Shown: piece by piece, positions 14,417 to 27,070 of the stretch
How the letters are laid out: each line of letters opens with the position of its first letter
How positions within the stretch are numbered: the stretch's first letter is position 1
Assembly: GCF_009914755.1 (NCBI RefSeq)
Contig: NC_060928.1
Origin: the human T2T-CHM13v2.0 reference genome, Homo sapiens
Strand: one strand, 5' to 3'
Length of the DNA stretch: 64,000 nt
Position numbers and translations under genes: made by a program
Notes under the pieces: model-generated
What the model saw: only the letters and a program-made list of their open reading frames with translations
What the model was told of the DNA's origin: nothing
Database searches by the model: none

Positions 14417-14786
14417 TGTATTAGCCTGTTCTCAGACTGCTAATAAACATGTACCTGAGACTGGGTAATTTATAAAGGGAAGAGCTTTGATTCACTCACA
14501 GTTCTGCATGGCTGGGGAGGCCTCACAATCATGGTGAAAGATGAAGGAGGAGCAAAGGGATTTCTTACATGGTGGCAAGCAAGAGAGAATGAGAGCCAAG
14601 CAAAAAGGGAAACCGCTTATAAAACTATCAGACCTTGTGAGATTTATTCACTACCATGAGAAGAGTATGGGGGAAAACCACCCTGATAATTCAATTATCT
14701 CCCATCAGGTCACTTCCACAACATGTGGGAATTATGGGAGCTACGTTTCAAGATGAGATTTGGGTGGGGACACAGCCAAAATATCA
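14417..14786 (-). mobile_element. THE1 (MaLR) solo LTR
   Basis: Complete LTR with perfect 5-bp TSD aaaca (14412-14416 / 14787-14791). Confidence 0.93.
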
Positions 14787-14829
14787 AAACAAGTAATGTA
14801 AAAGAAAATCGAAGGAAGGGGAAAGTAGT

Positions 14830-15164
14830 CTAATTTCTCTTACATATCCTGAGGCAAAAATTCAATACAATATTGCTAGAATGCAGCAGCATTTAAAAAC
14901 TAATATATCATGAACAGGAGAATTTTATTAATATAAAATATTCAATATAATAATATGATGGAGAAAAACATAGTTGACTTTCTAGAATTAAATACAATAA
15001 TTGATGAAATACAATACCAAAACTTGCTTTAAGAAAGTGCTTATTAGAATGGGTCAAATTGTTATTTATTTGGTTTCATAAGATATAAAGTTCTATCTAA
15101 TTACCAGAATAATGTTTTATGGTGACATATAACACCAATGGTAAAATAACTAGTCAAGAACACT
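14830..15164 (+). mobile_element. Ancient L1M ORF2 fragment (left part of host element)
   Basis: Degenerate ORF2-like sequence 'gcaaaaattc...gaatgcagcagcatttaaaaa...catgaaca'; appears to resume after 23160. Confidence 0.55.
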
Positions 15165-15169
15165 TACCC

Positions 15170-15280
15170 TCACTCTCCTGCTTAGCCAAGATAAGACATG
15201 CTTGCTTCCCCTTTGCCTTCCATCATGGTTGTAAGTTTCCTGAGGCCTCCCAGCCATGCTTTTGTACAGCCTGTGGAACT
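15170..15280 (+). mobile_element. MST (MaLR) LTR fragment ending at the splice-donor position
   Basis: 'gcttcccctttgccttccatcatggttgtaagtttcctgaggcctcccagccatgcttttgtacagcctgtggaact' is MST-type and stops just before the consensus GTGAG. Confidence 0.85.
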
Positions 15281-17246
15281 AGGCAAAATGGCTGATTAGA
15301 AACAGATGTGGTCCGTGGCACTCACAAAGAGAAAGAAAAAGGGGCAAGTGAATTCAACACCTTCAATCGAAGTATCCAGGTTCTTGTATTGGGACTGAAA
15401 AGCAAGCAGTTTCACCCATAGAGAGCAAGGAGAAGTGCAGGTGGGGGCAATAGCCCACCCAGGAGCAGCATGGAGCCAAGGGAACCCTCACTCCCAGCCA
15501 GGGGAGGTGGTGTGTGATTGTGCAACCCCACGCAGAAGCCACACTTCTCCTACAGATCTTTGCAACCTGTGGATCAGGAGATCCTTTCATGAGTCCATGC
15601 TACCAGGGTCTTGGGTCCAATACACAGAGCTGTGCAAAGTCTTGGCAGAGCAGCTGCTCAGGCATGCAGAGACCCAGGAGTTTTATGTGCTTCAGTCCCC
15701 AGATCCCTAACAAGGTGGAAAATCTGTCTGTGCATATCCCTAGGAAGGGGGCTAAATCCAGGGAGCTAAGCCAAAAACAACAAGAACAACAAAAAGACCC
15801 CACAATAAATTCATTCAAAGGTCAACAACCCAAATATCAAAGGTCAATAAGCCCACAAAGATGAAGAATCAATGCAAAAGCACTGAAAACTAAAAAGCCA
15901 GAATGCCTCTTCTCTTCAAAATGACTGCAACACCTATCCAGCAAGGGCACAGGACTGAGCTGAGGCTGAGATGGCTGAACTGACTGAAATAGGTTTCAGA
16001 AGGTGAGTAATAATAAACTGAGCTGAGCTAAAGGAGCATGTTGTAACACAATGCTAAGAAGCCAAGAATCATGATAAACAATACAGGAGCTGATAGCCAG
16101 AATTGCCAGTTTAGAGAGGAACATAACCAACCAATGAAGCTGAAAAACAGCATGAGATATCCATAATGCCATCACAAGTATCAATAGCAGAATAGACCAA
16201 GCAGAGAAAATTATCTCAGAACTGGAAGACTATCTTTCTGAAATAAGACACATAGACAATGATAGAGAAAAAAGAATAAAAAGAAATGAACAAAACTTCT
16301 GAGAATTATGGGATTATGTAGAGACTGAACTTATGACTGATTAGAATACCTGAAACCAACAGGGAGAATAGAATCAAGTTGGAAAATATACTTCAGGAGA
16401 ACATCCTCAACCTAGCAAGACAGGTGAATATTCAAATTCAGGAAATGCAGAGAACCCCAGAAACATACTCTATGAGAAAATAATCCAAAACTCATAATCA
16501 TCAGATTCTCCAAGGTAAAAATGTTAATGGTAGCCAGAGTGAAAGGCCAAGTCACCTACAAAGGAAAACCCATGAGACTAAGAGCAGACCTCTCAGCAGA
16601 ATCCCTACATGCCAGAAGAGATTTGGGGCCAATATTCAACATTCTTTAAAAAAGAATTTTCAACCCAGAGTTTTATATCTCTGGCTAAACTAAGCTTCCT
16701 AAATGAGAGATAAATAAGATCATTTTCATACAAGCAAAAGCTGAGGGAATTCATCACCACCAGGCCTGCCTTGCAAGAGTTCCTGAAAGAAGCACTAAAT
16801 ATGAAAAGGAAAATCTACTACCAGCCACTACAAAAACACACTGAAGTAAACAGACCAGTGACACTATGAAGCAACCACACAAACAAGTCTACAAAATATA
16901 CAGTGAGGATCATTATGACAGGATCAAAGTCACACATAACAATACTAACCTTAAATGTAAATGGGCCAAAGGCCCCAAATAAAAGATGCAGAATGGCAAA
17001 CTGAATAAAGAACCAAGACACACTGATATGCTGTATTCAAGAGATTTATCTCACATGAAAAGACACACATAAACTCAAATTATTGGGATAGAGGAAAATT
17101 TACCAAGCAAATGAAAAACAGAAAAATGCAGGGGTTGCAATCATAGTTTCTGACAAAACAGACTGTGACCAACAGAGATCAAAAAAGACAAAGAAAGGTA
17201 TTACAAAACAGTAAAAGGTTCATTTGAACAAGAAGAGCTAATAATC

Positions 17247-17247
<1 letters not shown>

Positions 17248-17281
<34 letters not shown>

Positions 17282-17314
17282 AACATATATATATACACAC
17301 ACACATATATATAC

Positions 17315-17360
<46 letters not shown>
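17248..17360. repeat. Compound (TA)n/(CA)n microsatellite within the L1 endonuclease region
   Basis: Direct reading; expanded from the L1 'aatatatatgca' site. Confidence 0.95.
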
Positions 17361-17379
17361 GCATCCAATACAGGGGCAC

Positions 17380-19391
17380 TGATATGGTTTGACTGTGTTC
17401 CTACCCAAATCTCATCTCAATTTGTAACTCACAAAATTCCCATGTGTCATGGGAAGAACCTGATGGGAGGTGATTGAATTATGAGAGTGTGTCTTTTCTG
17501 CACTGTTTTCATAATACTGAATGAGTCTCATGAGATCTGATGGTTTTCAAAATGGGAGTTTTCCTGCACAAGATTTTTTCCCTGCTGCCATCCATGTAAG
17601 ACATGACTTGCTCCTCCTTGCCTTCCACCAGGATTGTGAGGCTTCCCCAGCTACATGGATGTGTGAGTTTTCCATTAAACCTCTTTCCTTTGTAAATTGC
17701 CCAGTCTCAGGTATGTCTTCATCAGCAGCATGAAAACAGACTAATACAGTAAATTGTTACCAGTAGCATGGGGTGCTACTGAAAGGATATCAAAAAATGT
17801 GGAAGCAACATTGGAACTGGATAATAGACAGAGGTTGGTACAGGCTCAGAAAAAGAGAGGAAAATGTGGGAAAGTTTAGAGCTTTCTAGAGACTTGTTGA
17901 ATGGCTTTGACCAAAATGCTGATAGTGATATGAACAATAAAGTTGAGGCTGAGGTGGTCTCAGATGGAGATGAGGAACTTTTTGGGAACTGGAGCAAAGA
18001 TGACTCTTGTTATGTTTTAGCAAAAAGACTAGTAATATTTTTCCCCTGTCATAGAGATATGTGGAACTTTGAATTTGAGAGAGATGATTTAGGGTATTTG
18101 GCTGAAGAAATTTCTCAGCAGCAAAGCATTCAAGATGTGACTTGGGTGCTGTTAAAGGCATTCAGTTTTCTAAGGGAAGCAGAACATAAAAGTTCAGAAA
18201 ACTTGCCACCTGACAATGTGATAGAAAAGAACATTGCATTTTCTGAGGAGAAATTCAAGCCAGCACAGGAATTTGTGTAAATAACAAGGAGCCAAATGTT
18301 AATTAATAAGACAATGGGCAAAATGTCTCCAGGGCATGTCAGAGATATTCACAGCAGCCCTTCCTATAACAGGCCCAGAGGCCTAGGAGGAAAAAATGGT
18401 TATTTGGGCTGGGCCCAGGGTCCCCTTGCTGTGTGCAACCTAGGGACTTGATGCCCTGTGTCCCAGCCACTCCATCCATGGCTGAAAGGGGCCAATGTAG
18501 AGCTCAAGCTGTGGCTTCAGAGGGTTCAAGCCCCAACCCTTGGCAGCTTCTATGTGTTGTTGAGCTTGTGTGTGCACAGAAGTCAAGAATTGGGGCTTGG
18601 GAACCTTTACCTAGATTTCAGAGGATATATGGAAATACCTGGATGCCCAGGCAGAAGTTTGCTATAGGGGCAGGACCTTCACATAGAACCCCTGCTAGGA
18701 CAGTGCAAAAGGGAAATGTGGAGTGGGAGCTCCCCCACAGAATCCCTACTGGGGCACCACCCAGTGGAGCTGTGAGAAGACAGCCACTGTCCTCCAGACC
18801 TGAGAATGGCAGATCCACTCACAGCTGGCACCATGTGCCTGGAAAACCTGAAGATGCGCAATGCCAGCCCATGAAATCAGCCAGAAGGGAGGCTGTACCC
18901 TGAAAAGCCTCAGAGGAGGAGCTGCCAAACACCATGGGATCCCATCTTTTGCATCAGCATGACCTGGATGTGAGACATGGAGTCAAAGGATATTATTTTG
19001 GAGCTTTAAAATTTGACTGCCTGCTGGACTTTGGACTTGCATGGGGCCTGTAGCCCCTTTGCTTTGGCCAATTTCTCCCATTTGGAATGGCTGTATTTAC
19101 CCAATACCTGTACTCCCATTGTACCTAAGAAGTAACTAACTTGCTTTTGATTTTACAGGCTCATATGTGAAAGGGACTTGCCTTGTCTCAGATAAGACTT
19201 TGGACTGTGGACTTTTGAGTTAACGCTAAAATGAGTTAAGACTCTGAGGGACTGCTGGGAAGTCATGATTGGTTTTGAAATGTGAGGACATGAGAATTGG
19301 GAGGGGCCAGAGGTGGAATGATATGGTTTGGCTGTGTCCCCACCCAAATTCCATCTTGAATTATAATTCCCACAATTCCCACGTGTAATGG
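17380..19391 (+). mobile_element. THE1A/B-like MaLR element: 5' LTR 17380-17748, internal region 17749-19318, truncated 3' LTR 19319-19391
   Basis: LTR 'tgatatggttt...gactaataca'; internal ORF remnants 17864-18280 (MWESLELSRDLLNGFDQNADSD) and 18433-18903; polypurine tract before the second LTR. Confidence 0.95.
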
Positions 19392-20782
19392 AAGACTTTA
19401 ACACCCCATTGACAATATTAGATAGATCTTCGAGAGAGAAAATTAACAAAGATATCCAGCACCTGAGCTCCCTTCTTGATCTAGTGGACCTTATTCATAT
19501 CTAATGAACTCTCCATACAAAAACAACAGAGTATACATTCTTCTCATTGCCACATGGTACTTACTCTAAAATTGATCACATAATCTGAAGTAAAACTCTC
19601 CTCAGCCAAGGCAAATGAACTGAAATCATGATAAACAGTCTCTCAGTCAACAGCCCAATTAAATTAGAACTCAAATCAAAGAAGTCCACTCAACTAGGTA
19701 AAAATTGAACAACCTGCTCTTGAATGACTCTTGGGTAAATAATGAAATTAAGACGGAAATCAAGAAGTACTTTGAAACTAATCAGAACAAAGAGACAACA
19801 TACCAGAATTTCTGGGACACAGCTATAGCAGAGTTAAGAGAGAAATTTACAGCACTAAATGCCCACATCAAAAACCTAGAAGGATCTCAAGTTAATAATC
19901 TAACATCTCCACTAAAAGAACTAAAGATCCAAGAGCAAACAAACCTCAAAGCTAGTAGAAGACAAAAAATAACCAAGATCAGAGGTGAACTGAAGCAGAC
20001 AGAGACATAAAAAACCCTCCCAAAAACTAACAAATGCAGAAGCTCGTTGTTTTTAAAAAAATTAATAACCACTAGCTATGCAAATGAAGAAAAAAGAGAA
20101 GAATCTAATAAACACAATCAGAAATCATAAGGGGGATATTACTACTGACTGCACAGAAATACAAACAAACATTAAAGAATACTGTAAACACTTCTATGTA
20201 CAGAAACTAGAAAATCAAGGAGAAATCAATAAATTCTCTGACATATACATCTTCCCAAGACTGAAGCAGGAAGAAATGGAAGCTATGAATACACCAAAAA
20301 CGTATTTGGAAATTGAGACAGTAGTAAATAGCCTACTAACCAAAAAAAGCACAGGACCAGATGGATTCAATGTGGAATTCTAGCAGAGGTACAAAGAAGA
20401 GCTGATACCATTTCTGCTGAAACTATTCCAAAAGATTGAAGAAGAGGAACTCCTCCCTAACTCATTATATGAGTCCAGCATCATCCTGATACCAAAACCT
20501 GGCAGAGATATAACAAAAAAAGAAAACTTCAGGCCAATATTTTTGATGACATCAATGCAAAAATCCTCAATAAAATACTGGTAAACCAAACCCACCAGGG
20601 CATCAAAGCTTATCAACCATGATCAAGTTGGCTTCATCCCTGGGATGCAAGGTTGATTCAACATATGCAAATCAATAAATGTGATTCATTACATAAACAG
20701 AACTAAAGTCAAAATCCACATGGTTATTCCAATAGATGCAGAAAAGGTCTTTGATAAAATTCAACATCCCTTTATGTTTAAA

Positions 20783-20967
20783 ACATCACACTCTGGGGAC
20801 TGTTGTGGGGTGGGGGGAGTGGGGAGGGATAGCGTTAGGAGATATACCTAATGCTAAATGACGAGTTAATGGGTGCAGCACACCAGCATGGCACATGTAT
20901 ACATATGTAACTAACCTGCACATTGTGCACATGTACCCTAAAACTTGAAGTATAATAATAAAAAAAA
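20783..20967 (+). mobile_element. Short young L1PA 3'-UTR insertion within the older L1 ORF2
   Basis: 'aacatcacactctggggactgttgtgggg...gtataataataaaaaaaa' inserted at a tt/aaaa site; host resumes at 'ctctcaataaa'. Confidence 0.92.
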
Positions 20968-23159
20968 CTCTCAATAAACTACGCATTGAAGGAATACCTC
21001 AAAATAGTAAGAGCCATATATGACACACCAACAGCCAATATCATACTGAATGAGCAAAAGCTGGAAGCATTCCCCATGAAAACTGGCACACGACAAGGAT
21101 GCCCTTTCTCACTACTCCTATTCAATATAGTATTGGAAATTCTGGCCATTACAATCATGCAAGACAAAGAGATAAAGTATAAAAGGTATTTAAATAGGAA
21201 GTGAGGAGGTCAAATCATCTTTGTTTACAGATGAACTTATTCTATACCTAGAAAACCCCATCGTTTCAGCTCAAAAGCTTCTTAAGCAGATAAGCAGCTT
21301 CACCGAAGTCTCAGGATATGAAATCAATGTGCAAAAATCGCTAGCATTCCTATACACAAACAAATGCCAAATCATGAATGAACTCCCATTCACAATTGCT
21401 AATAAAAGAATAGAATACATAGGAATACAGCTAACAAAGGAAGTGAAGGACTTTTTCAAGGAGGACTACAAACCAATCCTCAAATCAGAGAGGATACAAA
21501 CAAATGGGGAAACATTTCTATGCTCATGGATAAGAAGAATCAATATCATGAAAATGGTCATGCTGCCCAGAGTAATTTATAGATTCATTGCCATTCCCAT
21601 TAAACTACCATTGACATTCTTCATCTAATTAGAAAAGAAACTATTTTAAAGGTCATATGGAGCCAAAAAAAAAAAGAGCCCAAATAGCCAAGTCCATTAT
21701 AAACAAAAAGAGCAAAGTTGGAGGCATCACACTACCTGACTTCAAACTATACAACAAGTCTACAGTAAACAAAATAGCATGGTACTGGTACAAAAACAAA
21801 TATATAGATCAATGAAACAGAATAGAGAACTCAGATATGGGACCAGACACCTAAAACCATATGATCTTCAACAAACCTGATAAAAACAAGCAAAAGAAAA
21901 ATAATTCTGTGTTTAATAACTGGTGTTGGGAGAACTGTCTAGCCATATGCAGAAAATTGACCCCTTTTTTACATCATATCCAAAAATTAAATCAAGATGG
22001 ATTAAAAACTAAAACCCAAACTATAAAACTATAGACACTATAAAAACCCTAGAAGAAAATCTAGGCAATACCATTCAAGACATAGGCACAGGAAAATACT
22101 TTTTGACAAAAACTCCAAAAGCCATTGCAACAAGAGCAAAAATTGGCAAATGGAATCTAATTAAACTAAAGAGCTCCCACACAGCAAAAGAAACTATCAT
22201 TAGAGTAAACAGACTACCTACAGCATGGGGAAAATTGTTACAATCTATCCATCTGACAAAAGTCGAATATCCAGAATCTACAAGGAATTTAAATTTACAA
22301 GAAAAAAACCAACCTCATTAAAAAGTGGGAAAAGGACCTGAACAGACCCTTCTCAAAAAAAGGCATACATGTGGCCAAGAAACATACGGAAAAAAGCTCA
22401 ACATCACTGATCATTAGAAAAATGCAAATCAAAACCCCAATGAGAACCATCTCATGCTAGTCAGAAGGCTATTGTTAACAAGCCAAAAAACAACAAATGC
22501 TTGTGATGTTGCAGAAAAAAGTAAATGCATTTACTCTGTTGGTGGGAGTGTAAATTAGTTGAACCATTGTGGAAGATATTGTGGTCATTCCTTAATGACC
22601 TAGAGGCATAAATACCATTTAGCCCAGCAATCCTATTACTGGATATATACCCAAGGAAATATAAATTATTCTGTGATAAAGATACATGCATGTGTATGTT
22701 CATTGCAGCACTCTTCACAATAGCAAAGACCCAGAATCAATCCAAATGCCAACCAATTATAGACTGGATAAAGAAAATGTGGTTCATACACATATGGAAT
22801 ATTCTGCAGTCATAAAAAAGAACAAGATCATATCCTTTGCAGGGACATGGATAGAGCTGGAAGCCATTAACCTCAGCAAACCAACACAAGAACAGAAAAC
22901 CAAACACTGCATTTTCTCACTGGGAGCTGAATGATAAGAACACACGGGCACATGGCAGGGAACAACACACACTGGGCACTCATGGGGTTGGGGAAGAACA
23001 TCAGGAAAAATAGCTAATGGATGCTGAGCTTCATACCTGGGTGATGGGATAATCTGTACAGTAAGCCACCATGACACACGTTTACCTACGTAACAAACCT
23101 GCATATCCAGCACATGTCCCCTTGAATGTAAAATAAAAGTTGAAGAAAGAAATAAAAAT

Positions 23160-24570
23160 AAGAACACTCGCTATCATTGTCATTACTTAATATTTTTCTG
23201 GTTGTACTTTTCAGTATCTTTTGTCATGTGAAAAATAAAATTGAAAAAGCAAGAGGCAAAAATATCATTATTTTCATTTTATTCAATTATATATTTATAA
23301 ACTTTAAAATAAATAATGAATAACTATTAAAATCAATAAGATATTTAAATAACAGTTTTTGTCACAAAGTTATTTTAAAAAATCAATAGAGATAATAAAC
23401 TACTAGAAAGTATAAGAGAATATTCCATCTGGAAAAATCAAACAAGAAAGTAAAGTTTAAGACATCTACTTAATCAAATACAGAAACATCTCTAAAAGCA
23501 AATTTACTAAGAGAAGGAAAAGTTAACTAAGGCAAATATTTTATTCACTGATAAAATATACAATATTATTATTACAGTATGTTATTCCTAAATTAATATG
23601 TAATATTATGATCCTATTAAAATTATCAATAGTATTTTTAGTTAGGAAAGTAAAATTTTAGTTAATTTAGCTTCTAAATAAATATGGAAAATAAATATTT
23701 AGTTTATGTTTATCCAAGAAAATTCTGAATATTATAATTGAAACCAGTGGATACTATTCCTCCAAGAGAGCAGATGCATGTAAAAGGCCACAGAATTTAA
23801 AAATGATTTTGTTCTGATACAGAAAAGAGTAGACAGAGGCATGAAATAGAATCAAGATTTAACAAGAGAATGAACTACTGACAGCATTTATTATATACTA
23901 AAGTTAGCATTTTAAATTAGAGAGTAAAAAATAGATTATGCCATAAATAGCACTGGGATAAGTATCAACACCATTTAACAACAACAACACAATTCTAGAT
24001 GTGACAGAATTAATGCAAAAAATGCAAACATGACTGACAAAAAGGAAACAAAGCTTTAAAAGCATGAAAAACTATAGCAAGGGCAAAAAAACAAACACCG
24101 CATGTTCTCACTCATAGATGGGAATTGAACAATGAGAACACATGGACACAGGAAGGGGAACATCACACTCTGGGGACTGTTGTGGGGTGGGGGAAGTGGG
24201 GAGGGATAGCATTAGGAGATATACCTAATGCTAAATGATGAGTTAATGGGTGCAGCACACTAGCATGGCACATGTATACATATGTAACTAACCTGCACAT
24301 TATGCACATGTACCCTAAAACTTAAAGTATAATAATAATAGTAATAAAAAAATAAAATAAAATAAAATAAACAACTATGTAAAGGGAAAAAAAAAGCATG
24401 AAAAAAGGCTAAACATTATATATTGTTCTCATATTAGAATGCAGAAAGCTTTACTGAAGGAGACAGAAACCCAAAAAGTAGAAATAAAACAATTGCTAAA
24501 ATTATTTACCTAAAATTTTAAAATATCTATAGAAAAAATATCACAAGCAGATTTAAATGCAAGCATCACA
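23160..24570 (+). mobile_element. Ancient L1M ORF2 fragment (right part of host element)
   Basis: Degenerate ORF2-like sequence, e.g. 'ccataaatagcactgggataa', colinear with the 14830-15164 fragment. Confidence 0.55.
24069..24395 (+). mobile_element. Short young L1PA 3' end with 15 extra nt and a second A-run
   Basis: TSD aaaagcatgaaaaa at 24058-24071 and 24392-24405. Confidence 0.93.
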
Positions 24571-24580
24571 CTGAGGAATC

Positions 24581-24965
24581 TGTGGCAGACAGAATTCTAA
24601 AAGTCCCCCCAAATTTTACCCCTGATGACCACAGGTTATTTTAATACAATGCCCTCCCCTTTAGCGTGCACGGAGTTTATAATTTGCTTCTAACCAGTAG
24701 AATATGGCAAAGATGAGTGGATTTTGCCAGTGTAATTAAGGTCTCTAGTCAGTTGATTTTGAGTTAAGCAAAAGAGAAAAGCCTGTCCCAACCTATTAAA
24801 GTGAGCCCTTTTCAAGAGGCCCAGATCTTTCCTGAAAGAAGAGACACAAAGCAGCAGGGACTCTTCTGCTGGCCTTGAGGAAATAAGCTCTCATTTTGTG
24901 CAAGGACCTATGAAGGGCCACATGGCAAGGGACTACTGGCAGCCTCCAGGACCTGAAACCGACCT
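24581..24965 (+). mobile_element. MLT1 (MaLR) LTR fragment, MLT1E/F-like
   Basis: Starts 'tgtggcagacagaattctaa'; contains 'gggccacatggcaaggga'. Confidence 0.7.
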
Positions 24966-25659
24966 TGACAATTTTACTTTGGAATATGAGACTGATACTC
25001 TGGGCTATAATTACAAAATATTTTAATCTGTTTGAAACCTTTATCATTGCATGTATTACTTTCTTCATCTATTTTTTCTTAAATTATAATCTAATTTATC
25101 CTTAAACATCCCTGAGGCAGGTAAGCAAGGGCTTATTAATCTTATATTTCAAAGGAGTACCTGAGGTGCCAAAAGCTTAAGTGACCTGGCTATGTAGTGG
25201 TTTCTATGCATATTTTGGTGATTTCTCTCCATAACACCACAAGAAAACTAAGGGGCTTCAGTGGTGTTTTCTGATGACCAAAACACCTTTTGATTGGTTT
25301 GGAGAGCCTTTAAATTTTCATCTCTCTTACCATTCAGTGCAGTTTTGTTTCCCAATCCAAAGATTGATTGATTGATAATAGATATATATCTCTAGAGAGG
25401 AGGGATTATAGGTGATTTTTCTTTCTTCTTTTTCTTTTTTTTTAAATCTTTTTACAAGCATCAATTAGATTTATAATCTCCAATCTGTCATTTTTATACA
25501 TTTTCAAAATTTGCTTGAATGCACTTTTAAAGACATCCTGACTAGATAATCATGTTTAACTTAGCCTTTAAAGAATGTATGCAAAGAGAATAATTGTACT
25601 AAGATCGATATATTTCTAGTGAGGATGAGAGTAAACATTTAGAACAAGATACAAAATAT

Positions 25660-25960
25660 CTCTGAGTGTTGGTTAAAAACATGAGCTCTGAAACGAGACT
25701 TTTGGGTTCATATTTCAGCTCTGTGTGACATAATAAGACTCGATAAACATTTGGTGCTGGTACTCTTAATGACAATCAAACAATGTGACTAAGATGCAAA
25801 AACCTTAACACCAGCAAAACTTGCGGTGAAAAACTGGCCTCACCATTATCAGTTGTTCAGTTGTATAGCCTTCTACAGAGTACTTAACCTCATTAAATCT
25901 CAATGTTCTCATATGTAAACAAGGACTGTAACACTTTGTTTACAAAGTATATTGAACCAA
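25660..25960 (+). mobile_element. MIR, interrupted by about 120 nt of unassigned sequence
   Basis: 'ggttaaaaacatgagctctg...cagctctg' and 'acttaacctc...ttctcatatgtaaa'. Confidence 0.55.
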
Positions 25961-26548
25961 TAATGATTACTATTCATTATTAATTAAATTTTTGATATAT
26001 ATAAATTATTGTTGCTATCATTGATAATTACAAAGCTTCATTATTCCATGTGACATAATGACATTCACAAAGAATTAATTAACTTGTGCATTATCCTGAT
26101 TAACCAATTCTCTGAACTGGTATTAGCAAGATAATTCAGAGATGTCTGAGATATAAAGATAATTCTACCAGGGTCAGAATAGTAAGAATATTAAAGAGAA
26201 GACAGTTTCCTTGATAAGCCACCATATAAAGATATTAGGTTGGTGCCTTACATATTCATTTAGCTTTGGTGAGAGTCTCACAGTCTTTTAACCAAAGTGT
26301 ATTTCAGAGAAAATATGCAACCTATTGATCAATCTCCACATCACCCTCATACTTAGAAGAACTAACATCAGCTTCTCTAACTCAGTTATCATCACCTACT
26401 GTCTTCTTCATTTAACAAATATTGACTGTGTACTTATCATATATCAAGCACTGGTCTTGGGTCTAGAAATACATCAACAAGGAACATGATTGACAAGTAC
26501 ACATTCCTTGTCAAGTGTAGAATACAAGGATGAGAATAAGAAACAAAT

Positions 26549-26840
<292 letters not shown>

Positions 26841-27033
26841 TATATATATATATACACACACACATATATATGTATTGTATACGTATATATATACATATAT
26901 ATGTATGTATGTATACATATATATATGTATATATATGTATACATACATACATATATATGTATATATACACATACATATATATGTATATATATACATATAT
27001 ATGTATGTGTATATATATGTGTATATATGTGCA

Positions 27034-27070
<37 letters not shown>
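26841..27070. repeat. Compound TA/CA/TG microsatellite at the Alu tail
   Basis: Direct reading; it explains the YI/CV-rich ORFs. Confidence 0.95.

Larger units (their letters stand above)
15281..23159 (+). mobile_element. Near full-length, dead older primate L1 (about L1PA11-13): 5' UTR, ORF1 from about 15861, ORF2 from about 16915, 3' UTR; interrupted by later insertions
   Basis: Starts 'ggcaaaatggctgattagaa'; ORF2 pieces [15 protein letters not shown] and [10 protein letters not shown]; many stops and frameshifts; A-rich tail. Confidence 0.93.

Noticed and set aside
13430-14786. Two nearby same-orientation THE1 LTRs as one provirus
   Set aside because: Each has its own TSD, and the sequence between them does not resemble the THE1 internal region seen at 17749-19318.
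17864-18903. 138-aa and 156-aa ORFs as host genes
   Set aside because: Frameshifted remnants of the known THE1 internal ORF.
26490-26514. Hairpin ttgacaag...cttgtcaa
   Set aside because: Only an 8-bp stem inside a decayed L2; no support for function.
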